Assembly: GCA_002633005.1 (NCBI GenBank)
Contig: NMRA01000883.1
Location: forward strand, 26,157-90,156
DNA: 64,000 bases
Source of the DNA: Phoronis australis
Taxonomy: Eukaryota > Animalia > Phoronida
Reading direction: 5' to 3'
The position numbers and the translations under genes were made by a program. Of the stretch, positions 12,240-22,900 are shown in pieces; position 1 is the stretch's first letter; each line of letters begins with the position of its first letter. A model generated the notes under the pieces. That model was not told the origin of the DNA. It did not search any database and saw nothing but the letters and a program-made list of their open reading frames with translations.

Positions 12240-12398
12240 TATCAAAATACCTTTACTTGATTCTCGGGGAACATCAAAAACAAAATATATACCGTGTAGC
12301 GAGAAAAAAGATTTGGTAGAACCACCTTGGAACAGCACAACCGCGTGGATATTTGTTTACAAATTATCCAATGTCAAAGGCTACAGCGCTGTCACTTA
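12240..12398. repeat. Dispersed repeat, second copy at about 47305-47460
   Basis: Shared blocks such as ACAAAATATATACCGT, TAGCGAGAAAA and CAACCGCGTGGATAT in the same orientation. Confidence 0.8.
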
Positions 12399-14160
12399 AA
12401 TCAACCTTTCTAGCGCAAAATCTGCAAGTTGTTCCGGACAAGTCTAGCAGGTTTCAATGGATCGATTTATCTTAGATATCCAAAAATTATTCAGATTGGT
12501 CCAAAATATTCTTTGTAGCATTCAAATTCTCAGATCGTCAAAAAATGGGCATATACAAATAAATTGATTTTCATCCTCAATAAAAGTATGACCCAGGTGG
12601 TGTGTACATAAAAACAGATTCGGAGGTCTTTATCGATTTAAAAGTGTCGGCCTACTTCGACCATCAGTCTGTGGTTTGAATAAGGGAATCTTGCAAAGGA
12701 ACTGACAAAGCAGTGAGGTCCGCATGGGTTTTGTATTGACGTAAACGAGATCCAGGTTCACAATATACACTGTACATGTATGTGCGTACATTAGTTAAGC
12801 CATTCCATAGATGCGACTGTACATCCTTTCATTTGACAGTTTCTTTAAAACTTTATCGTGTGTGCACACTCGTAAATACTTGTGCAAATGATTTCCCGCG
12901 GAAATTGCAGTGTTTAGACGACTCGCTCAAGTATTGTGACTTTGTGAACACCCACTGACTTCCAGGCAATGGTCTCTAAAGCATCATCTGTTCATTTGTT
13001 TTAAGGAACTCACGATTTCCTATGTATACTGTTAGCTCAAGATTCAATCTGAAAAACGACATCTCGACAAACTAAGAACAATAATAATTGTTACTCTGGG
13101 AGCATGGTCTATTTAATATGGCAAAGATAAATGTAATACTGTTCATATCAACTATTTGCAATGGCTCCTGAATTTGTCACTACGCGCAGTCAAATGTTCA
13201 AAGCGTACAGCCTCCCTAATAACTTAAACAATCAAGGCAAATTTACAGAATGTATCAGCCAATGATAAAAATACAGGCGTACCATAGAATCATGCACGAG
13301 AGCATTGCATCGTACGAACGAACCACCTACAAACGTATGAATCATGGAAACGCACACAAAAACCAAGCATACGAACAAAATATAATGCGCACGAACAATA
13401 CAAATCAAACATGCTGTATGAAAACAAATCATACGCACGAGCATCCGACTCAAACGCACGAACCACCAAACAATAACGTGTTCGAGGGCGTGATTCGATG
13501 CGCTGTGAAACATACATGTAACATCTACAAGTTGTTCAGTCTTACGTCTTAAAATCCAGGTAAGAATGATAAAATTGAATAAAACCTGCGTTTCCTAGAA
13601 ACATGTACGAATGATGACAGTTTTAGCTAATGAAAAGAAGCCAAGAAGTATTTGGTTCTTAAAAATAAATATTCTGGCATTCGATAGTGTACATGTACCT
13701 TAAATTTGCATGGTTTTACAATGCACACCTTGATTTCGTTAGGACTTTGGCAATAAATCATTGCACAAGTTTTTCCTTTTACATGTAGTAATATACACGA
13801 CGACATCAAACGGATACGGCCGACCGTTGTATCGAAGGAGAATGATTGTTGACATCAGAATAAGTTAGTTAGTTTCGCTTTCGGTACAGCCCAAGTTTGT
13901 TGAATAGGTGGTGCAAGCCTTAGGTTTTAGTCCAAGAATATGGCTGCATACTCTAAGTTGTTTTTGCAATAAGTTTAGACAGCTGGCTGTAATTATTGTC
14001 TTTAGTCACAGGTTACTTTCAAGAGCTTTACTTTCATTCACGTGTATAACTTCTTTTCACTCGCCAATGTTCCGATAGTTCTACATTATACCATATTATT
14101 AGCGTCAAATGGCAAATACAAAAGTGTAATAACCCACTAGTGAGATAACATTTTGGCGGG

Positions 14161-14234
14161 AAACCGAGGCCGGTTTCGAAGCCGGGCCTCAAGAGTTTGG
14201 AGTCGCCGACTTTAACAATACACCACTCAGCGGC
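14161..14234 (-). mobile_element. Degenerate tRNA-derived SINE head
   Basis: Minus strand has an A-box-like GTGGTGTATTGTT and a B-box-like GCTTCGAAACC at tRNA spacing. Confidence 0.4.
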
Positions 14235-14778
14235 TGATGTCATAGAAAATAGAATACTTAAATGAGCACGCGCAACAATTGCATGTTCAGCAAAGGGCAT
14301 TGTGCCGACATTCATACGCTATAAAAAAATAAGACGCTTATTTTCCATAAAACCAATATTTTAATTCAGTGAAAATTTTCTCTCATGTTCTCTCACTTGT
14401 AAATCACCGATCTCCTACATGTATTTGAATGCGGGTATCGTGTCGTCGAGATCCTTTGACTTGAGCATTATACTAAGTTATCGGTGGTATCCTACTTTAG
14501 CAGACGATATTTTCCCGGCCGAGCTTAGCGTGATAAAATGTGTAGTAAGCTATAATAGTTGCTAAACTTTAATTTATTCACTTTATTTTCTATTTTGTTT
14601 AAATTTTGAATTGGTTTTGAGTAAAAGCATTATCTGACAAAAATAGCTCGGCTTTTGTTAAAAGATCACGACCTCTGACCCCGGGCCTCTGACATAGAAA
14701 GTTGTTACAAAGCCGAGACAAGTCGAGAAAGGTAGATCGATTCATTGCAATGTTTCTCGTTCAGTATGTGGTATCAAA

Positions 14779-14924
14779 AGATTATTACATGTTCTCAGTC
14801 GTGATCCCCCTTATCTAGAGCACTCGTGGATTTTGGAGAATTATCACCCTCGGGCAAAAATCTCTCTAAAATCCACTTGTGCTCTAGATACCAGGGGATA
14901 ACGACGTCTCCACTGTAATAATCT
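14779..14924. mobile_element. Palindromic hairpin element (MITE-like, about 146 bp)
   Basis: Nested inverted pairs AGATTATTACA/TGTAATAATCT, TATCTAGAGCAC/GTGCTCTAGATA and GTGGATTTT/AAAATCCAC around a central CCCTCGGG. Confidence 0.8.
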
Positions 14925-14996
14925 ATATTGATACGAAGAGTTAAAGCCTAAATGACATGATACGTTCTGAATAAACGCTGTCTTTGGATGTTTTAG

Positions 14997-15099
14997 GTTA
15001 CTCAACTGAATGGGAGCTGGCAGAACGTAAGTTTATGGATTGGCGTCCAATACACCAATGGCAGTATCGTTGACGTGGATGGAAAGGAAATTAGCGAAG
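14997..15099 (+). CDS. C-type lectin exon with the WIG motif, ending at a GC donor
   Basis: TTTTAG acceptor in phase 0 (fits exon 11584-11744); VTQLNGSWQNVSLWIGVQYTNGSIVDVDGKEISE; donor AAG|GCAAGT. Confidence 0.6.
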
Positions 15100-15161
15100 G
15101 CAAGTTTTAAGTTTCGTATAGTACAAAGCAGAACCCATTGCTTAAAGTGGCCCGTCCTAAG

Positions 15162-15243
15162 CGTTATGGCGTCTGAGCGCGTTTGGAGCAAAATTGGGTG
15201 ACACGCTTGCTGAGAAAGCACCACAGGATTGCCAAGTGATAAG
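15162..15243 (+). CDS. Putative C-type lectin exon (LWRLSAFGAKLGDTLAEKAPQDCQVI)
   Basis: Phase-compatible after a 62-bp GC-AG intron, open frame, DC motif where the CTL Cys is expected, AG|GTGAT donor; the acceptor is weak. Confidence 0.4.
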
Positions 15244-15976
15244 GTGATATTTTAAATCTACTTGGCTCTACTAGGAGGCACGTTTTGGCAGTGAGACATG
15301 GAGTAATTTTGACTTCGTGTCAAAAAGACCCTTTGCAGTGTATGTGGCTGGACGTGATTCACTTTTATCAAAAAATAAATTTCCTCTTTGTCTATAAAAG
15401 TCACCTGGTATCCAGACTCATGTGATCAATCGTTATGTTGTTTTTGAAAATCTCTCATTTGGTCAGCAGTCGCCAAACTACTATATAGTGCAGAAGACGA
15501 ACACGTTCATACCTGAACTACATCAGGCAGGCAAAACCGACAATTATTATAATGATTTAATATGACCATGCTTTTGAAAGGAACAAGCGACATCGCTTGG
15601 TGGTTTTGTAATAGTTTTATTTGCGCACGTCTCACAAACCGATAGCTTACTATATCTCGATTTAAAATCTGCGTCCACGCATGGGAAATCAAGAAACGAG
15701 ATCTTTACTGATAAAAATTCACCTCCAAAATCTCAAGATGTTATCATGCACAATGATAATTGTTGACAAAATAGTCCTCAAGCCTGTGATCGACACTTAC
15801 ATGTACAGTGTTATTTTAGCATGAGGCAAAGTCGCATTTGAGGTAGCCAAAACTAACCTAAAAACCGTTGACTAAAATACATCGTCGACTAAAGAGTAAA
15901 AAGTCGTACCGTTCTCAGAAACGCAAACCTCTTCAATTTCTCCGAGTAAAATATATATCATTCTCTCTCTAGATAG

Positions 15977-16083
15977 ATCCCAACACAGAGAGATCGCAGG
16001 CGATCGCATACACTGGAGAAGTGTGATTCGCCGATGTTGCTATATTTTTGGAGAACATTTCTTACATCCGTCTGTTTTCTGTT
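15977..16083 (+). pseudogene. Probably frameshifted C-terminal C-type lectin exon
   Basis: Pyrimidine tract with AG and a GTAAGT donor; HWRSV, CDSPMLLYF and ENISY lie in three different frames, resembling W..C.....FCE. Confidence 0.35.
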
Positions 16084-16647
16084 GTAAGTGTGATGACAGT
16101 TATGGTGGCCAATGCACTGACTTCACTAAAGAAACAGAACAACTGTGAACTAAAGATGTTTGCAATTTACTGTTTGGAAGTCAATAAAACTCTCAATTTC
16201 GGGGAATTGTTGTCTGTTGTTGTTACTTTTAGTGGCGAGGTCGCTAATTCGAGCACTGTAGGGTTACGTTTTGGATAAAAATGGTCTATTTTGGAGGCCG
16301 TCAGAAGATGGAGAAGGTCTTATCATCACATCCGAAATCTCAAATCATGACGGATCATTTGCCGTTATTCATGTGTTGAACAGACATATAGAACTAATAA
16401 CAGTGATTTGCTAAACAGGCCCTGGAGGTCCTCCATCGTAAATGTTGAAATAACGGCGACTAACAAATAATTGCATTATTTTCTGAAATGTTGACTTGAT
16501 GTAAAACACGACGCAAAGTGTCCATTTTATTGTTTCAATTGCACAAAAATGACGTGTGCATTTTGTTTAAATGTACAAGCAGCATGTTCGGTATAAAATT
16601 AATGCAACTTAGCCTCTCGGTGCACAGTACATACATGTACGCGACAT

Positions 16648-16689
16648 GTGTGTGTGTGTGTGTGTATGTGTGTGTGTGTGTGTGTGTGT
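16648..16689. repeat. (TG)n microsatellite
   Basis: Directly visible. Confidence 0.95.
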
Positions 16690-16815
16690 CTGCAATTAGC
16701 TGTCATTTCAAAACGAGGTTTTGGTGTTCCTCGTGTTCTCCTAGGGTGGTGTTAACCTATTTCATGTGGCAACAACTGACGACATCAATATTGCCCATTG
16801 AATGTCTCTAAATAG

Positions 16816-16919
16816 AAATATGGCGTACACGTAGCATACCGCACGGAGAAGAGATGGTGCCAATGATGGTTCCTGGAGCACGTGTCGTTAGTGGACTAGA
16901 TTCGAATTGGAGATTCCAG
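16816..16919 (+). CDS. Exon: MIB/HERC2-like domain, first half
   Basis: [19 protein letters not shown] resembles the consensus GxRVVRGxDWxWxxQ; CAG|GTAAGC donor. Confidence 0.8.
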
Positions 16920-19900
16920 GTAAGCACTGGATTGTAGGTACATGTAGGTAGGATTGTGTCATACGACTTTGCTGAATGTGATGTAAAGTATCAACAGAGA
17001 GACAGAAGCCATAATTATATTGCATCATTGTCTCAATACCTTTAACATCCTGTATTCTGAAAAATATCCTTGGCACTCATGTAATAATTCTTCAGTCAAC
17101 CAAAGCAAGTCCGACTAGGCTTACCCTGAAGTTCATCTGATATTTCTTTAAATGTTACACTAAATTTTCTGGCTCCACTTGCTCACGTGTATACCATTAA
17201 CTATCACTTTGATAATTGTGAACCTAGTCAATCCATATTTGCACGCGTAGCTGCAAGTAAACATGCTGATGACAAACTATGAAAAAAGAAGTAAACACGT
17301 CCAACTTTATGCATCAACTACTTTCACAGTTTTAACCATAGTAACCCGCTGGACATTTTTGGAAGCAGGTCCTAATTTTCCCCATGCATTGTCTCCACGC
17401 ATTTGACGGTAATGGCATGTGCGTGTACTTGTCCGAGAAAACACGTAGAAATTGCATCAGCCTTCTGTGGTCTTCCATCTAATATCAAAACAATTTACTA
17501 TAAAATTTATTTATGACGTAATTTAGCGACCAGACATCCTTTTAAGGACATAGTGAAATCGTTTGGTCGATTAGTTTTCTATGAGATAACACATAGCTGC
17601 AGACGAACGAGAACCTATCATAGAAAGGAGGAATTATCAGTTGGACTGGTTTTGAACTGATGTTAATTATTATCACCCTGGCTCTCCTGGAGGGTTCCTG
17701 CCAATGGCCACAATTGGAGCACTGCTTCTATTTCTTGAAAATGTGAATCGTCCTATGAATGTGGACAGCTCTGAGAAGGAAGCCTTTGGGTGATGACATC
17801 GATTGCCGTTACAATGCCGTTAAAGCTTTTAAAATCATAATTATTTCTTGATAGGAAGTCCCTTCTAAAAGTTTACCATTGTTGCACAGAGAGAAGGGTC
17901 ATGGGTTTAATGCTTCCTATCACAAATTCTTTAAATCTGATATTCCGACTGATTGAGCTACAGTTTAACATCACCGAAAGTGGCATCTTCCAAAGACAAT
18001 CTAAAGCTACATACATGTATTTCTACATATTTCTAACCAGGCATACATGTAATTACCAAAGCTACACTTACACATATGGATGGTTTAACCACATTTTCTC
18101 TAGTAAGTTTAGTTTGAGTGACTTATCTGGATGTTTTGTTCAACACAGGACAAGGGCGGTGTTGGTACTGTCATTGGACCGTATGACACAGGAAAGTTTC
18201 TTGTTCGATGGGATCTCAATCCATTACACCCATATTGGTACCGAATGGGCGATATTGGGATGTATGATCTAAAGTTAGCATCAAATAGCTCAGGAAACGG
18301 AACTGGTAAGGAAAAAATCTGTATGCAGTGTGTTGCTTGGAAGCACTGTCATCCTGAACAGACCGAAAAGATTACTGAAATTCAATCCAGTAATGGGTTT
18401 AGCCAAGAAATACGGGAAATTAATCATTGCCTGACCTTTTCTTAAATTGCCAAATAAATCAACACCCCCAAAACTTACAACCCCGCTGAAGGACTCCCGC
18501 AGTGGGCGAGATGGATGTCGAAATTCGGATCTAGAGTTCGAATAGGTCGTACAGTGGGTTGGAAAATGTAAAACACGTTTTGGGACGTCTTACAAGTTGC
18601 CTTCCGCTGATTCTGGGTCCTCTTATGGGTTGAAAACCTGTTGTCGCACCAGACTTATATTGTCGCATGTGCGACAGCATGTGTCGATCGTGACGTCACA
18701 TACTGTGCCATCCGATATGTTTTCGCCCGGGTATCAACCTGTGTCGAGTGCAATGGTATACACCACAACACAAGTCACGTCTTTCTATCCTCAAGACAAT
18801 GCACAACTTAATTTCACCCAGGAAATTTTAGAAAAGTACAATTTGCTATGACTACATAGAAGACGTAAACGTTTCATGTAATATTGAAATTAACAGCATC
18901 AGTTTGATCCTCCCATTATATCCTTATTCCGCAGATTGCTTTGCGCTGTATAGTGGATTGTACTGGAACAGGATGGATTGCGATTTTGTCAAAATGCAGT
19001 TTGTTTGCATGGCAGGTAAGCTTGCTTGACTTTTTGTCGTCACGTAATGTAGCTTTCAAAAACATGCAACTGGTTGACTTTGCTGTGTCTGTGATGAACA
19101 GAGCAAACAACTTACACGTTGGTGTATAACAATCTTGATAATTTTTTTACTAAATTGAAAGATCCATAAGGATGTGTGACATATCGTGGGAATACATATT
19201 ACAATAAAGTCCAAGATTTTGATTTGTGTCAAGTGTGTTGCACTACCGTACACTATAGTTTCTACCATTTTATAATGGTTCTAAACTTCTTCTAAAGCGG
19301 TTGATTCCCACCACCAAGCAAAAGTGTTCCCAGAAAATGTCTTCCGCCAACTGTTTACCCCAATTCTCCAGTTCATCCTTTATTGATTCCAAATCATGAA
19401 ACGAATAAACTTTAGCTAAGTACAAGGATCATCAAATTCCTGCACGTGGTTCTTTCTTTTGAAGTGATTGTCCGTTTTTATTTAGCCTTAAAACATGAAA
19501 TTAATGAACTTACCTTCACTTGTGACTCATTTGGTCCAAAAGGTGTTCGTTGCATGTCCTTGAGGCGACATTTCCTTCGACTTGAGATCCGCTGAAACTT
19601 TCTTTGAAATTATCATTGGATCATCTTGTCTTCATCAGAGCACGTGGACAAATTGGCATTCCACAAATTAATAGTTTCAATTATAAAAGTTCTCTCGGTT
19701 ATCTGAGATTTTTCATCCACCTTCCCTTTAAGTTTCAGATTGTAAGAATAATCCATGCGACATGAACGCCAACTGTTTCACTTCACCTTATACTGGTAAC
19801 TACCGATGCGAGTGCAAAGATGGCTATTCTGGAACCGGAGCTTATTGCGAAGGTAGCTGAAATTCTTGATCTTGGATACTATTGCAAATAAATGTGCTCG

Positions 19901-22900
19901 ATAAAGTACGTTATCTGCGAACTTTCAATACGTTAACCTTCCTTGTTTAAAATATCATTCCACTCTTAGTTAAAACACATGAGAGGGAAACGTCTTAGAA
20001 ACCTGCTTAAATTGTGACTTCTGTTTGCATGCTCATGCAAGCCAAGTTTCAAATAAAAATGGGTATTTATTGATATCCAATGAATTTAAAAAACGTCGTG
20101 ATTAGAACAATCGGTGAAATAAATATTTAATCGCCTGATGCTGTCAATACACATACACACGCACACATGCTCACGCTGAACGCAGATAAAGACCAACACA
20201 CGCTCATACATGTACAGTATACGCAAGCATACATTATACATGCACACATACGCACACCCATACACACACACAATCGTTTGTGTGTGCGCGCGCGTGTGTG
20301 TGTGCGTGTGTTTGTTTATATGTATCTATTTCTCAAATATGTTACGACACGACTGGTTAATAATATCGAGTACGTAATTTTTTGATATTACATGAGCGGA
20401 GCACAAGGTAGTGCAATATAGAAGTCCATAAGCTGTACATTTTATCGTATTTAAAACGCAAATAACCAAACAATGCCGGATTTCCGTGAACTTGACAAAG
20501 TTATGATTAACGAATCAGGTGTCGCAACTGTACGTACTCCCAGTCGGAAGGATAGACAATATATACGGAATTAGGTGGGGGGGCAAACCCCCTCCCGACC
20601 TCTCCCCATTCCATGCTATGCGCATATACTGTACAATCGTGCTTTGCGCAAATGTTTACAGACAAAATGTTACCCCGACTTTGTGATATCCTAGATCCGC
20701 CACTGGAAAAAAACTTCTGAAACGGACCCATATTTGGCGAACAATTCCATACCCAATTTATTCATCAAAACGGAATCGAACCCCGACTCAAGAAACCACA
20801 CGGTGAGACTGTCTAGCTGTGCTGTCTCAAGGTCAATTCAGGGTTCACGCTCGGGAAAGCCCTGCTGACTGTTATTTATAAGGACTTGTTCAGTTTTAAT
20901 GTTACAACTTCAAACTTTAAAGAGTTAGTTTTTAGATTATAGCTTGAGCATTTGTTACGAAAGCTAAATGCAGTTAATAATCGTCGTTTTTACGGTTCAG
21001 GTGAGAAAACAAATCCTACACTCGACTCAGGTTAATGACATGGGCAAAACCACGTGGAAAGTTTCAAGATGTTTTGCCATGTCATAAGCTTAAGACTCGA
21101 GCATGATTCTCTATGTATGTATACATGTACATGTTCATGTATACATGTACAATGTACTGTATGTATGAGTATGTGTGAGTACTGATCGTGCTTGGTGTTT
21201 TTGAGGTTTGCATCTTTTCAGACATTGACGAATGTGTGAATTCTCCATGCATCCAAAATGCAACGTGTTTTAATACCGTTGGGTCTTACTCCTGCCGGTG
21301 TAACGATGGATTTTCAGGAGATGGACAATCTTGTGAAGGTTTGTGCATTTAACTTTTTCAGTTTAGATTCAAACAAACCAGTACAGTTTGACAAATGCAT
21401 CCGTGAGCATAGTCTTGTACAGTGTACACCGTAAGTACATGTACACTTGATCGGAACATTATCGACTAACGCAATATTACGGTGGCACAACCATGACAAT
21501 GAACAAACAATTTTTTCATTATTTCGCAGTTCTTAAGAAGAAAAAACATTGTTTCCAAAAACATTTTCTTTCTGTGTAGAAAAAAGCTCTCCGCCCGAAA
21601 ATATTTTTCAGCGGAGGGCAGTTTCCTACACGAAGGTCGAAAGTTAGCCTGCTACGAAGTAGGCTTAAAATTGAACCTTTGACTGTTGGTCTTAAGTCGC
21701 ATTTCCTAAGCCTACTTTCATGAAACAGCTCCTTGGATCCCAAACTTATGGCAAAGTGTATTCGGTACAACTGACATGGACCTTCAGTTTTTATAATTTC
21801 CCTCTTCAAAACACAACACAAACAATTTTGTTTGTGCTATTGTGCGTATAGGCCCTTTGAACATTAGACCGTGTCCCTCATTAACTATGGGTGGCGCTTC
21901 TAAAGCATTAAACTTGTCCTTTGGCGGGCTAGCCATAATTCTTCTACTCTATGTGAAATGCTGTCCCGTTTTGTAGTCAATCCTATAACAAGAATAGGAC
22001 CATTGTGGGGTAGATTTTTTGCGCGGGAAAGGTAATTAAAGGTCGTGTTTTGCACATGCTCAATGGCACCATCGAAGTATCCGTATAAAACAAAAATAAA
22101 ACATACGACAAAACAAGCAGACGTACGAAGCACATGGACGTTTGATATGATGCTGCGGTTTGTACGTACGATTGGTACAAAACAACGCACAGTTCGCTTT
22201 GCGCCGCCAGAACGAAAACGCACGCAACGCGACTTGAATGAGATATTTTTGACACTATTGTCCATTAGCAAATTTGCTACATATTTTCGAAGTAGCGTCT
22301 ACTGGCTTTTTTAGGAAAAGTCTGTAATCATTTTCAAAAGAGCGCGTGCCCAACAAACAAAGCAATGAAGTAAGCTAAAATGTGAAGACGAATTTGTGAA
22401 ATCACATATTTTGCCATCTGTGGTCATTAAAGGGGCCGCAATTGCATTGTTTCTAGATAAGCAGACGTCGCTGTTGACTTGTCAAAGTTAACCCTCCAGC
22501 TGGTGCTCAGTTCACAGGTATTTTTTAAGCTAAAGCCTATGTTTGTAGAATACCAATTACACGGTGCAGTCTATCCCGAGGACCAAAATATATAGGCCTA
22601 CCAGACTATGATCTAAAGGTTTTAACATACTAACCAACAAATATTGAAGTTAAATTTTGTTTGTTCTGTCGTGAGGCAGCTATAAACTCGGTAATGAGGA
22701 TTGTTTTGCAGAACGTCATTTGTTATCGTAAAAATTTTACTGCTTTAGTTCATACCTTTACGTGACTTGTTACCATTTGTCATAGCTTCCACTATATTTG
22801 ATCCAACCTTTGACCCATGCCGACACTTACATCAACTGACACTCATTGAGCATCCCGTGTCTGACATTCCTGTAAGAAGCGCCAATGTGACAACAAGTGT

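Noticed and set aside
13232-13552. Overlapping 75-100 aa ORFs on both strands (similar case at 21900-22314)
   Set aside because: Low-complexity ACGAAC/CAAA-rich sequence that lacks stops by composition.
19260-19680. Protein-like minus-strand stretch ([20 protein letters not shown]) with a GTAAGT donor
   Set aside because: Multiple stops and frameshifts and no family recognised; cannot be supported without a search.
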